From the NCBI GenBank assembly GCA_951406725.2, contig OX597837.1, positions 38,068,001 to 38,132,000 of the forward strand: a stretch of DNA of 64,000 bases, given 5' to 3'. Position numbers and translations under genes: made by a program. The DNA comes from Octopus vulgaris. Its lineage: Eukaryota. Every line of letters begins with the position of its first letter. The stretch's first letter is position 1. The notes below the pieces were generated by a model. That model was given only the letters and a program-made list of their open reading frames with translations, did no database searches and was not told the origin of the DNA. Shown here piece after piece: positions 1 through 13,392 of this stretch.

Positions 1-259
1 GTTGGTTTTTCTTCTCAGTATTTTTATTTATTGTTTTTATTATTTTGTGTTTTGTTTATCGTTTTCTTCTTGTTATTTATTTTGCTTCTTGTGCCGTGTA
101 TCTTATTGAGTTGGGGAGCAGAAAGAGTAGATGGCGGTCCAGAAAACAGCCCTGAAAGCTCCTCGAAACCCATACACAAATTTATCGGTGTGTACGTGTG
201 TATAATATATGTAAATACAAATATAGGTATATAAACATACTTGTGTGCATATACATGCT

Positions 260-320
<61 letters not shown>

Positions 321-377
321 ATATATTACTACATAATACACGTGTACATACCTATATCTATATATAATTACATGTGC

Positions 378-427
<50 letters not shown>

Positions 428-944
428 GTATACATCTTTCTCTTTATATATATATCTATATATATATATATACACATACATACATACACACACACATATA
501 TACATAAACACATATACCTATATTGAACTATACATATTTGTGTGTATGTGTGTATGCAGGAATATCAATCCAGCCATTTCTGTGTCTGTGTGTATAATAC
601 ATACATACACAAACACACGCACACACACACAGATACACACACACATATACACACACATATGTATGCACATGTATGTGTGTACACGCGCATATACCAAGAA
701 AGGACATAAAGAGAGAATGAGGGTAAAGAAAGAAGAACAACAGGATGTCACAGCGGTGGTGGTCGTGGATGGATTAAAAAAATTCGGATAATGGTAATGA
801 AGAAATTACTGGGTAACGAGTATTGATATGGAGTTGCTGATTTGAGGAATTCAATTAAAAAGAAAGAATAAAAACGAGGAAGAGAAAAAGTAGCTGTGAT
901 GGTGGTTGAAGTGTAGGTGGCAGCACTGGTGGTTGTGATGTAGT

Positions 945-1178
945 AAGGCGGCGAGCTGGCAGAAACGTTAGCACGCCGGGCGAAATGCGTAGCCGTATTT
1001 CGTCCGCCGTTACGTTCTGAGTTCAAATTCCGCCGAGGTCGACTTTGCTTTTCATCCTTTCAAGGGTCGATAAATTAAGTACCAGTTACGCACTGGGGTC
1101 GATGTAATCGACTTAATACCTATGTCTGTCCTTGTTTGTTCCCTCTGTGTTTAGCCCCTTGTGGGTAGTAAAGAAATA
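945..1178 (+). mobile_element. tRNA-derived SINE, family B (monomer)
   Basis: Head GGCGGCGAGCTGGCAGAA (A box-like) and GAGTTCAAATTC (B box-like), followed by the body GCCTTTCATCCTTTCGGGGTCGATAAATTAAGTACCAG seen in many copies in the window. Confidence 0.85.
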
Positions 1179-1451
1179 GGTTGTGATGTTAGCGATGGTG
1201 ATACTGATGAGGGCAGAGATGGTGTTGGTGGCGGTGATGGTGGTTGTGGTGGTGGTTGTGGTGTTGATAGTGGTTGTGGTGGTGGTTGTGGTCGTGGTTG
1301 TGGTCGTGGCAGGGATGATGGTTGGGATGGTGTTGATAGTGGTTGTGGTGGTAGCAGTGATGGTGGTTAAGATGCTGGTAGTTTCCGTTGCGATAGTGAT
1401 GGTCGTAGTGGTTTTAGTTGGCAGCGACACCGACAACAATAACAGCAACAC

Positions 1452-1797
1452 AGACATGGAAATATGTTGGTTCTACAGGCGGCCCATTCAAGCCATCATC
1501 TTAGCAATTATAGGTCCTTTAGGATACCAGAGAGGCGCAACATCACGTCTCTAGCTAAATACATATGGTGTTTAAAAGAAGGGAGTATGCCATATATGCT
1601 TAAATGGAGACTCCTAGAACAACCGGAACCGTATCTCAGCAGGAGCAAACAATGTAAGCTTTGTCTGGCCGAAAGGGTAAGAATCCTGAAAAGTTCACTT
1701 GAACCGAGGACCCTTTTAAACAACAGAGATGTTTTGTAAGTGTCCTCATCAGAGGAAATTCGTATTAGAAACATAGAATTCTCCATTTGACGACTAG
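1452..1797 (+). mobile_element. Penelope-like element GIY-YIG endonuclease relic (frameshifted)
   Basis: Translates across frameshifts as TWKYVGSTGGPFK...YRSFRIPERRNITSLAKYIWCLKE...WRLLE...PY...SKQCKLCLAER...LLN...KCPHQRKF, which resembles the C-terminus of PLE GIY-YIG domains. Confidence 0.8.
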
Positions 1798-2105
1798 GAA
1801 AATGACACCACTTTCAGATATCTTCGGCAGGGGTCTTGCATATAACGTGAACCTATCTAAGGGGGATAACTCCCCTCGCTCAAGGTTTTGTCAGCAGAAT
1901 TTCGTACCGGAAGTTTTTGTTTACAATATTAACTGTCCATGACGTTTACTTCCCTCCAGTTTTAGAGAGGTTATGAGACTCACTAGTCGTCAAATGGAGA
2001 ATTATATTTTCTAATACGAATTTCCTCTGATGAGGGCACTTACAAAATATCTCTGTTGTTTAAAAGGGTCTTCGGTTCAAGTGAATTTTTCAGGATTCTT
2101 ACTCT
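1674..2105. repeat. ~123-bp inverted repeat of the Penelope 3' end (1674-1797 vs 1983-2105)
   Basis: The arms are reverse complements with a few substitutions and one indel, separated by a ~185-bp spacer. Confidence 0.9.
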
Positions 2106-2195
2106 ATACAGCTATACAGGTGCGAAACCAATCATTACTCTCTTACCGACCATAAGAAAACAACCTTGTAAAAACATAATACATACATACATACA

Positions 2196-2231
<36 letters not shown>

Positions 2232-2342
2232 TATATATATGTATATATAGATGTATATATATATGTAATATGTATATATATATATATGTATATATATATA
2301 TGTATGTATGTATGTATGAATGTATATATGTGTGTGTGTATG

Positions 2343-2380
<38 letters not shown>

Positions 2381-2714
2381 CTCTACCGTATTTCTTCCGA
2401 CATTTTACGTTCTGTGTTGAAATTCCGATAAAATATAATACCAGTCGCGTAATAGGGTCGATGTTAAGGAATTACTCTCTACTCCCAAATTTCTGACCGC
2501 TTCCATAGTATCTGTCCGGTCGTCCGTCCATAAGCCCCTCTTCTTTCCTTTATGAACGACATAGCTTCAGCTGTTTATACAGAAATCCTAGATGATGCTG
2601 GTACATTAGTGGATTGCCTAACTGGCATATCTGAGCGTTTGAGAGTTTGTTACTAATGGAACAACATCTGTTTCCGTGTAACAACGTAAATGAGAAGAAC
2701 TGATATGTTTGTTC

Positions 2715-2937
2715 CTTCTCGAGCCACGCCTGACTCATTAGGGCCGGTTTCCCGGTTTCTTTGGCGTATAGGTTCCCCAACTGGACGGGACGCCGGTCCG
2801 TCGCAGGTGAGCTGCAAGATGCAGGAGGAAAGGTGAGTTGCAAGATGCAGGAGGAAAGAGTGAGAGAAAGTTGTGGCGAAAGAGTCAGCAGAAGTTCGCC
2901 ATTACCTTCAGCCGGAGCCGCGTGGAGCTTAGGTGTG
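2715..2937 (-). mobile_element. SINE fragment (family C/D modules)
   Basis: Shares GAAAGAGTGAGAGAAAGTTGTGG...GGAGCTTAGGTGT with 47310-47395 and GACTCAT(T/A)AGGGCC with 62107-62120. Confidence 0.6.
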
Positions 2938-3915
2938 AGAACAGAGAGCAGTCTGTTGTTAGAGGTCGCACGGGGTCTCTTTCCTCACATTATAAATTTT
3001 AATACTTGGTTAATAATTATTGTGGGAGATATTCAACATCCAGGTACCAATCTCAAAACCCTAGCTGTCCCCAGCAGAGCAGTTCTTTTGGGGGCTTGTT
3101 CTGCTCTCATGGCAATTCCCATTTCTCTGACACATTTCTAGAACTTGGCTGTTAGTGTTTCCGAGTACCCCAACAACTCCTGGAATGACAGACACTCTCC
3201 TCATGGTCCACATTCTTGGAATTCTGTCTTTTAGTAGTCTCTACTTTCCAGTATTTTCTAGTTCTTTGTCATTTATGCAGTCATCTCCAGGTATTGCAAT
3301 ATCTATGATCTTGGTTTCCTTTTTTTCTTTTTTCCCCCCTTTTTTCTTGTTCCCCCTTTTTTTCCTTCTACCATAACAACATCTGGTCTCCGAGCATCAA
3401 TTAGGGAGTCACATTGGATTGTAAAATCTCACAGTATCTTATATTCCTTGTTCTCTGTGACTCCTACTGGTTCATGTTCGTACCATTTCCATATTCTTTT
3501 CGGGCCGTACTTTTCACATAGCCTTCAATGAACAAACTTAACCACAATTATCGTGTCTCCTTTTGTAGTGCTTTGGGGCCAGCTTGCTACACTCACTCAC
3601 AATATGTGAGATTGTTTCATTTCTGCTGCCACACATCCTACAAAGGAGCATTCGTTGCTCCTATCTCTTAGGGACTTGGTGTAATTAATTCTCAGAGCTT
3701 GTTCCTGGGCACTGAATATCATCAATACCTCAATGCATCATTCCTGATCACTTTTTCTTAGCCATCTCCAAGTGTTGGTCTTGTCTCTTCCTTCAATTTC
3801 TCTGAGGTATTATTGCCTGTGCAGTGATTTCATTTTCCTATTTTTTATACCATCTTCTTTCCTTTGTTTCTTAAATGTTTGTGGGTGCATCATATTTTCG
3901 GTAGGTATTGTATTG

Positions 3916-4448
3916 CGGATAGTACTAGGCAGAGAGGCAATGGTCAGCATGAGCAGGGTCTGAAAGAGTAGAGACATCAGACTCGCTACCAAATGCAGAT
4001 TGGTGAATGCAATTGTCTTCCCAATGGCAACGTATGGATGCGAGACCTGGACACTAAAGAAAGCTGACCAGAAGAGAATTAATGCATTCGAGCTTTGGTG
4101 TTGGAGAAGACTTTTACGGATTCCATGGACAGCGAGGCTCACCAATGGAGAAGTTCTTAAGCAGATCAGGCCGAAAATGTCGCTAGAAGCTAGGATCACC
4201 AAGCATAGATTGGCATATTTCGGTCATGTTATTCGGAGAAAATCCCTGGAGAAGGACATCATGCTCGGAATGGTCAGTGGCAAGAGAGGAAGAGGCCGAC
4301 CAAGAACCCGCTGGCTTGACACCATCAAGAGGGATACCGGAATGGACATAGCCAATCTGAACGAAACGGCCCAGGATAGAACTGACTGGAGGACACTGAT
4401 CCAACGAGTAACCGAGAATTGACTTCGACTGAGCGAATAGATAGATAG
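3916..4448 (+). mobile_element. RTE (BovB-like) LINE, 5'-truncated 3' end
   Basis: ORF contains VFPMATYGCETWTLKKADQKRINAFELWCWRRLLRIPW...YFGHVIRR...GKRGRGRPRTRWLD. It ends in an (ATAG)n tail and has a 9-bp target duplication ATTGTATTG at 3907-3915 and 4449-4457. Confidence 0.92.
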
Positions 4449-4947
4449 ATTGTATTGTTAATTCTAACTACGGCAAGAATTCACTCTGCTGTTTGGCGTA
4501 TCATCCCTGACTGTTCTTCTCTTAACACAGATGTTGCATTTTATGAGGTCTGTTCCCCCCTTGTTCCGAGAGAGATACCACCCGTCAGTATCGCTTTTTG
4601 GCTGTAGTTCCTTATTAATTGTCATCACTTTTCTGGTTTTCCTGTCCATTTCCCCAAGCTCTTTCTTTATCCGCCCAACAACATCTGTGCCATATCGCAT
4701 TAAGGAAACAAACAGCCCATGTGTTCATTGCCCTGATCTTCTTTTCTTCCATTGAGACTACTTCCCATAATTAATTCGTTTCTTCTGGGATGTCCTCGCC
4801 TATAGTTTTCCTTCATTTCATTTTCCTTGATTTTGACATATTCCAAAATACCCAGGTATTTATATCCATTAGTCTCAACATCCTTGATTTTCTCGCCGTT
4901 GGGTAGCTCTACACCAGCAGACGACACTATTTTCCCTCTTTGTATTA

Positions 4948-5363
4948 GGCGCAGGAGCGGCTGTGTGGTAAGTAGCTTGCTTACCAACCACATGGTTCCG
5001 GGTTCAGTCCCACTGCGTGTCACTTTGGGCAAGTATCTTCTACTATAGCCTCGGGCCGACCAATGCCTTGTGAGTGGATTTGGTAGACGGAAACTGAAAG
5101 AAGCCTGTCGTATATATGTATATATATATATATGTGTGTGTTTGTGTGTCTGTGTTTGTCCTCCCAACATCGCTTGACAACCGATGCTGGTGTGTTTATG
5201 TCCCCGTTACTTAGCGGTTCGGCAAAAGAGACCGATAGAATAAGTACTGGGCTTACAAAAAGAATAAGTCCCAGGTTCGAGTTGCTCGACTAAAGGCAGT
5301 GCTCCAGCATGGCCGCAGTCAAATGACTGAAACAAGTAAAAGAGTAAACAAGTAAAAAGAGTA
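4948..5363 (+). mobile_element. tRNA-derived SINE, family A (full length)
   Basis: GGCGCAGGAG...TGGTAAG head, GGTTCAGTCCC B box-like motif, CORE-like TTGGGCAAGT segment, internal (AT)/(GT) tract, and 3' GCTCCAGCATGGCCGCAGTCAAATGACTGAAAC with an AAAGAGTA-type tail. Confidence 0.9.
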
Positions 5364-5785
5364 CTAGTCTAAATATCCTTGATTTTCTCGCCGTTGGGTA
5401 GCTCTACATCAGCAGACGACACTACTTTTCCTCTTTGTATTATAAGCATATCACACTTTTTAGTCTCAAATTCCATTCCGACATCCTTATTGAATATCTG
5501 CACTGTTGAAACTATTTCACGTTTGGTCTTTTCCAAAGACCTTTCAAATAATTTAATTTTCTTCCACTTTTCAAGGAATATCTCGATGTCACTTTCCGTA
5601 GTATCTGTGTGAGGGGTGTCACACAATCACAAACAGCAATGGTGATAGGATGTCTCCTTGAAGTACACCTCTCTTCATGTTAACCTTGTGTTGTGGATGT
5701 GTTTGCAGGTGCACGTGTACGTACATATGCTTCAGCTTACATACATACAGACATACGTACGTACCTACACACACACACACACACA

Positions 5786-5824
<39 letters not shown>

Positions 5825-5863
5825 ATCTATATCTATATCTATACTATACATACATACATAGAT

Positions 5864-5977
<114 letters not shown>

Positions 5978-6359
5978 TATATATATACACGCACACACAC
6001 AACATATATATATATACACATATACCCACATGTATACATGTATTATGTGTGCATGTACGTATTTAATCACAAAATACATTAACGGCAACATAAGTACATT
6101 TAAACAAGAGCAACAACAAGAGCAACAACAAAACAACAACAACACAGGCAGCAACAAGAAATTGCATTAAAAAATCAAAAATAAATAACAAATAAATTTA
6201 CAAGTAAAAACTTACAAACACACGCAAACCAACATACAAATCCAAACACACATACGAACACATACACATACATACATACATACACAAACATGCGCGCTCA
6301 CATATATCCATACATACACGCATACATAGAAACCATTCATAGACATGTATACGCAGTCA

Positions 6360-6400
<41 letters not shown>

Positions 6401-6627
6401 ATACACATATAAATACATATACATATAAATATGTGTGCGTGTATGTATATGTGTATGTATGTATATATCTATGCATATATATATGTGTATATAAATGTGT
6501 GTATATATATGTGTATATATATATATGTGCATATATATATGTGTATATGTATATGTATGTGTATATATATATATATATATATATGTTTATCTGTGTATAT
6601 ATATATGTGTATATGTATATGTATGCG

Positions 6628-6671
<44 letters not shown>

Positions 6672-6712
6672 GTGTGTATATATATATGTGCGCGGGTATA
6701 TATATGTGTATA

Positions 6713-6757
<45 letters not shown>

Positions 6758-6768
6758 ATATATATATA

Positions 6769-6842
<74 letters not shown>

Positions 6843-7063
6843 TATGTATATGGGTGTGTATATATATATATATACATATGTATATATATATGTGTTTGTG
6901 TATATATACATATATGTATATACATATATGTATATACATATATGCATGAGTATATATACAAACACACACACACCACACATATATATACACACGTATGTAA
7001 GCACAAAAAATGGCCACCTTCCCATGTGGAAAATGGCTCTGGGGCTGCGTTTAAACACTAACC

Positions 7064-7135
7064 CAATATGCATTCATTGCACAATATCGCATGCACAGTA
7101 TCACACATAATGCATTGTGCAGTGAATGCATGTTG
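7064..7135. other. 72-nt hairpin in unique sequence (candidate structured RNA)
   Basis: 7064-7085 pairs with 7114-7135 over 22 bp (20 Watson-Crick plus 2 G:U on +). A further 4 bp form after a 3-nt bulge. Confidence 0.5.
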
Positions 7136-7338
7136 AGAACGACAACAATGGAAGCATTAGCAACGGAAGTGATGGGAGAATTAAAACACATCGCAACATT
7201 TGAAGTGTTTTCATAGAGAATGAATTGGAAATTCTTTTTCGCTTTCTTTTTCGGTTTTTTTTTTTGCTTTTCGCTCACTTACCCAACTCGCCATCTTCTC
7301 GCAAAGTCTTACACACACACACACTCAGTCACTCACAC

Positions 7339-7397
<59 letters not shown>

Positions 7398-7443
7398 TAT
7401 ATGCATGTTTTGTTATTTGAAAACGTATCAATTTATCTCCTAT

Positions 7444-7497
<54 letters not shown>

Positions 7498-7628
7498 GCA
7501 TACACATACATATGTATATATATATACATGTATATGGTGTATACATTCCTATATACTTACATATATATATGTGAATATATATATAATATAATATATAAAT
7601 ATATACATATATATATATATATACATAA

Positions 7629-7688
<60 letters not shown>

Positions 7689-7850
7689 TTAAATATATAT
7701 ATATATATAAATGTATATAAATATGTATATATTCACACCTTTACTTGCACACGCGTTTTTATATACTTTTTCATACATACATATATACATATGTATGTAT
7801 GAATTCACGTATGTAATTTTATGCATCTATCTCTCTCTTTTTCCTTCCCC

Positions 7851-7908
<58 letters not shown>

Positions 7909-8317
7909 CGAAAGAAAGAGATTGTACGAGGGAGGGAATTACATACTGATCTACCCATACATACCCGCATACAAATCTATGTATATATATATATATATAT
8001 AATTATATATCATATACATATCATTACATATGTAGTTACACATCTACACATAACACACACACACACACACACATACACATACACATACATATCTATGCCA
8101 GTGGATCGGAGCATATATATATACGTGTGTATATAACACCAACAAACACAACAACAACAATACTCATAATCTATTTTAAACAGTCTTAAAGGTGATACAC
8201 GGTTTGTATTGTTAAATACGCTTTAAGTAGCTTATTGATGAAAAGATAAAAAGCAACAATTCGCCATGGAAGAGGCAGAATTTATTTTCGCTGTTGCAAT
8301 ATTTATTGATACGAAAC

Positions 8318-9660
8318 GCGCCGAGGTGGCAGAATCGTTAACACGCCGGGCGAAATGCGTAGCCGTATTTCGTCTGCCGTTACGTTCTGAGTTCAAATTC
8401 CGCCGAGGTCGGCTTTGCCTTTCATCCTTTCGGGGTCGATAAATTAAGTACCAGTTACGCACTGGGGTCGATATAATCGACTTATCCGTTTGTCTGTCCT
8501 TGTTTGTCCCCTCTCTGTGTTTAGCCCCTTGTGGGTAGTAAAGAAATAGGTATTTCGTCTGCCGTTACGGTCTGAGTTCAAATTCCGCCGAGGTCGGCTT
8601 TGCCTTTCATCCTTTCGGGGTCGATAAATTAAGTACCAGTTACGCACTGGGGTCGATATAATCGACTTATCCGTTTGTCTGTCCTTGTTTGTCCTCTCTG
8701 TGTTTAGCCCCTTGTGGGTAGTAAAGAAATAGGTATTTCGTCTGCCGTTACGGTCTGAGTTCAAATTCCACCGAGGTCGAATTTGCCTTTCATCCTTTCG
8801 GGGTAGATAAATTAAGTACCAGTTGCGTACTGGGGTCGATCTAATCAGCTGGTCCCCCCCCACCAAATTTGGGCCTTGTGCCTAGGGTAGAAAAGTATAT
8901 TTAAAGGTGGCGAGCTGGCAGAATCGTTAGCACGCCGGGCGAAATGCTTAGCGGAATTTCGTCTGCCGCTACGTTCTGAGTTCAAATTCCGCCGAGATCG
9001 ACTTTGCCTTCATCCTTTCCGTGTCGATTAAATAAGTACCAGTTATCTGCACTGGGCTCGATGTAATCGACTTAATTCGTCTGTCTTTCCTTGTTTGTCC
9101 CCTCTATGTTTAGCCCCTTGTGGGTAGTAAAGAAATAGGCATTTCGTCTGCCGCTACGTTCTGAGTTTAAATTCCACCGAGGTCGACTTTGCCTTTCATG
9201 CTTTCGAGATCGATTAAATAAGTACCAGTTACGCACTGGGGTCGATGTTATCGACTTAATCCATTTATCTGTCCTTGTTTGTCCCCTCTCTGTGTTTAGC
9301 CCCTTGTGGGTAGTAAAGAAATAGGTATTTCGTCTGCCGCTATGTTCTGAGTTCAAATTCCGCCAAGGTCGACTTTGCCTTTCATCCTTTCGGGGTCGAT
9401 AAATTAAGTACCAGTTGCGTACTGGAGTCGATCTAATCGGCTGGTCCCCTCCCCACCAAATTTGGGCCTTGTGCCTAGGGTAGGAACGTTAGCACGCCGG
9501 GTGAAATGCTTAGAGGTATTTTGTCTGCCGTTACGTTGTGAGTTCAAATTCCGCCGAGGTTGACTTCGCCTTCATCCTTTCGGGCTCAATAAATTAAGTC
9601 CCAGCTGCACACTGGTTCCCTTCCCCAAAATTTCGGGCCTCATGCCTCGAGCTGAAAAGA
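8318..9660 (+). mobile_element. Head-to-tail array of about 7 family-B SINE units
   Basis: Repeated ~180-bp units, four of them joined through AAAGAAATA|GG(T/C)ATTTCGTCTGCCG. Two alternative 3' tails occur. Confidence 0.9.
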
Positions 9661-9719
9661 AAAGAAGATTTAGGCTCGTATTGTGGCTCTCAATATTACT
9701 TATTACCGAAAACATATTT

Positions 9720-9980
9720 GGCCATGCTCATGGCTCAGTCGTAAGAGAATCTGGCTCTGAATCATGAGGTAGTGAGTTCGACTCCCGGACAGGGCTGTGT
9801 GTTACGTTCTTGAGCCTGACGCTCAATTTGACGTTGCTTCACTGAAATGTAGAAATGAGTTGTGACGTCACTAGTGCCAAGCTGTATCGGTCTTTGCCTT
9901 TCCCTTGGATAACATCAGTGGTGTGGAGAGAGAAACCTTCCTGGACTTGTGCTACGGAGAGTAACTTTGTAGGTTCAATC
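9720..9980 (+). mobile_element. tRNA-derived SINE, family C-like (diverged)
   Basis: TGGCTCAGTCGTAAG A box-like and GAGTTCGACTCCC B box-like motifs; the body resembles 62870-62965. Confidence 0.65.
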
Positions 9981-10044
9981 TACAAAATTGTGTTTTGATT
10001 TTTTAAAAATTTTACTGATTTTTGTGTATTTTCAGATCATTAAA

Positions 10045-11163
10045 ATGGAATGTCATGTGGACAAAACTGGGCATTTTTGACACCATTTGCCTTTTGCATT
10101 TAATCGAGGTGTTAAGGTAACCAAAGCTGCTCGTGAGATTTGTACTGTGTATGGAGAAGGGGAAATGCATCAAAGTACCGCCCGCTGTTTGAATTTCGCT
10201 CTTTAAAAATGGGAATTTTGCCCTCAAGGACGGATCACACAGCAGTCGACTAATTTAGTTCGATGAAGAGCGATTGAATCAACTTCTTCATAAAAATCTA
10301 CGTCAAACGACCAGAGAATTGGCGGAGCAGATGGATTGTGATAAAAAAAAAAACTGTGGTGAATCACCTTCTCTTAATGGGTAAAGTTCAAAAACTCGGC
10401 GCTTGGGTGCCACAGACTTTGAGCGAAAACAACAAAAAAATCCACCCTCCACAATCGCCACCAGTTTGCTTGCTCGACATCGCTCAACAGATGGTCACAA
10501 ACAGCATTTTCTTTACCGCATTATCACTGGCGATGAAAAATGGTGCCTTTACCTCAATACGAAGCAGTGAAAAGAATGGCTCAGCCCCGACAATGAAGCG
10601 ACTTCACGAGGAAAACAAGACCTTCATCCTCGGAAGACCATGTTGTGTGTATGATGGGACAGGGAAGGCATAGTCCATTACGAACTGCTTGAGTGCAACC
10701 AAGCACTCAATGCGGAACTCTGTTCAACAACTGCACCGACTCAACAAAGCAATTGCGCGAAAAAGGATCGAATAGGCGAAATGGCGTTCTTCTGCAACAC
10801 TACAACATCCGTCCTCACATCGCCAATATGATCAAAGCTGCCATTCAAGAACTCGAATGGGAAGTGCTGCCTCATCCTCCATACTCTCCAGACTTGGTGC
10901 CGTCAGATTTTCATTTCTTTCGATCGCTTTCGAACGCTTTGCGCGGTGTATCGTTCGATAATGACGTGGAATTGAGGGCCTGGATTGACGAATTCTTTGA
11001 GTCAGGACCGGGAGATTTCTACCGCCGAGGAATCGAAAAACTTATTGAACGATGAGAGGAAGTCGTAAACAACAACAAAATGCATATTATTGATTAATTT
11101 GTTGTAGTTTTTTGTTTGTTTAAAATGAATTTAAAGAAAGCGCTCATGAATTATTCCTCAATC

Positions 11164-11168
<5 letters not shown>
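10045..11168 (+). mobile_element. Defective mariner transposon (transposase pseudogene plus right TIR)
   Basis: Motifs AAREIC, GAWVP, RIITGDEKW, HPRKTML, LLQHYNIRPH and HPPYSPDLVPSDFHFFRSL are present with multiple stops and frameshifts. A TIR-like end ...AATTATTCCTCAATCCGATA abuts (TA)n; the left end is missing. Confidence 0.93.
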
Positions 11169-11261
<93 letters not shown>

Positions 11262-11289
11262 GTATATCTATGTATATATATATATATAG

Positions 11290-11338
<49 letters not shown>

Positions 11339-11769
11339 GTCAGGTCACTTTCGAGTGCTACTGGTAACATGTAACCCAGTACAACCTGTTGCATGGTCGG
11401 GTCATCGGCGACTAAACCGGCAACCCCACCAACCTTGCTTGGTAGAAGAGGGCGGAGGAACTCTTGAGAGTCAACGGCCATCCAATAAATGTCTTAAGGC
11501 TGTATCATGCGCGGGGACATAGAAATAATCGGATTGAATACTCGATCGCGCGGTTAAACCATTGGGAGTGTAATCCACTAACCCTTTCCTAAAATTACTT
11601 CTCAAGAGCTCTCTATTTTACTTGCTCCATTTAATTCTATAAGAGCGAAGAACATCTTCTCAAATGTCTTTCAGGGTCTCTTTCCACGATAATTAACACC
11701 CAAGGCCTATCTCAAAATCCTTGCTGTCCCCAATACAGCAGTTTTCTTTTTTTTTTTTTCAGTTTTTGA

Positions 11770-12250
<481 letters not shown>

Positions 12251-12489
12251 TTGAAAAATTTATGACCAAAAAGCATTTCTATGGCACTTTCTGTAAAGTA
12301 ATGCCACCAAGAATTAGTTCGAGCATATGGATGCAGTATTTGTATTTATGCATCTTAACCGTATTTGTGCAAAAGTCAATATTGTAAGAAAATCACGGGA
12401 GAGAGAAAGTAAGAACAGACGGATGGACGACAGACAGAGAAAGAGTGACAAAGAGAATACGAATTTAATTTTATATCTGTACACAAGAC

Positions 12490-12894
12490 TACTCTTTTAC
12501 TCTCTTACTTGTTTCAGTCATTTGACTGAGGCCATGCTGGAGTACCGCCTTTAGTCGAGCAAATCGACCCCAGGACTTATTCTTTGTAAGCCTAGTACTT
12601 ATTCTATCGGTCTCTTTTGCCGAACCGCTAAGTTACGGGGACGTAAACACACCAGCATCGGTTGTCAAGCGATGCTAGGGGAACAAACACAGACACACAA
12701 ACATACACATACATATATATATACATATATACGACAGGCTTCTTTCAGTTTCCGTCTATCAAATCCACTCACAAGGCATTGGTCGGCCCGGGGCTATAGC
12801 AGAAGACACTTTCCCAAGGTGCCACGCAGTGGGACTGAACCCGGAACCATGTGGTTCGTAAGCAAGCTACTTACCACACAGCCACTCCTGCGCC
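12490..12894 (-). mobile_element. Family-A SINE, full length
   Basis: Reverse complement closely matches 4948-5363. Confidence 0.9.
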
Positions 12895-12985
12895 TACGTT
12901 AACATTTTTTTAAAGCATGGGAATTCTAAATCCAAGATTCTATATATACATCCACGGTGCTACTTTTTCCGCCTTTCTTGTCTCT

Positions 12986-13056
<71 letters not shown>

Positions 13057-13059
13057 TTA

Positions 13060-13392
13060 CTTAACACTGTATTGATCAGACTATAAGATGTCGTACACCG
13101 CTGGTCACAATGCACTTAGAAATCTTTCCTGAAAGTGTCGCTCAGTTCCATATTGACCCAAATCGTTCAACTAAATCGTCTTCCCAGCGCCATGAAGACC
13201 TTCCAGGTTTGCCTTTTCCATTCTCTTGAACCCCACAAAAAACCTTCAGGGCTCCAACCCGTTGTCTGTGAGCCACGTGATATGTCCCTGTTGGCGGAAC
13301 TTGAGCGTTTGGTATTCTGCACTCAAACCGTTCACGGTGCTCCGTTCTTGAATTATATCATTTCGGATATGTTCTCACAATGATATTCCTAT
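13060..13392 (-). mobile_element. RTE-clade LINE 3' end, degenerate
   Basis: Minus-strand translation GISL*EHIRNDIIQERS...LKFRQQGHITWLTDN...RWEDDL. Confidence 0.65.

Larger units (their letters stand above)
3030..5640 (-). mobile_element. Degenerate Dong/R4-like non-LTR retrotransposon (RT C-terminus, CCHC knuckle, restriction-like endonuclease), interrupted by RTE and SINE insertions
   Basis: Minus-strand translations include FNKDVGMEFETKKC, YKYLGILE, MDRKTRKVMT, AQEQALRIN, CRMCGSRNETISHIVSEC, RRPDVV, IIDIAIPGD and ALLGTARVLR, with many stops and frameshifts. Confidence 0.85.

Noticed and set aside
2020-2045. CTGATGAG hammerhead-like core
   Set aside because: It is the antisense of the CPHQ codons in the inverted Penelope copy; no stem II or GAAA follows.
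8318-9660. Regular repeats superficially like a CRISPR array or tRNA cluster
   Set aside because: Units are ~180-bp SINE bodies without unique spacers, the heads do not form complete tRNAs, and the context is eukaryotic with no cas genes.
10045-11097. Possible domesticated SETMAR-like gene
   Set aside because: Multiple stops and frameshifts and no SET domain; an ordinary dead mariner.
11338-11585. GC-richer block resembling a LINE 5' UTR, possible HDV-like ribozyme
   Set aside because: I could pair only 4 bp of a putative P1 and could not build the nested pseudoknot; left unclassified.
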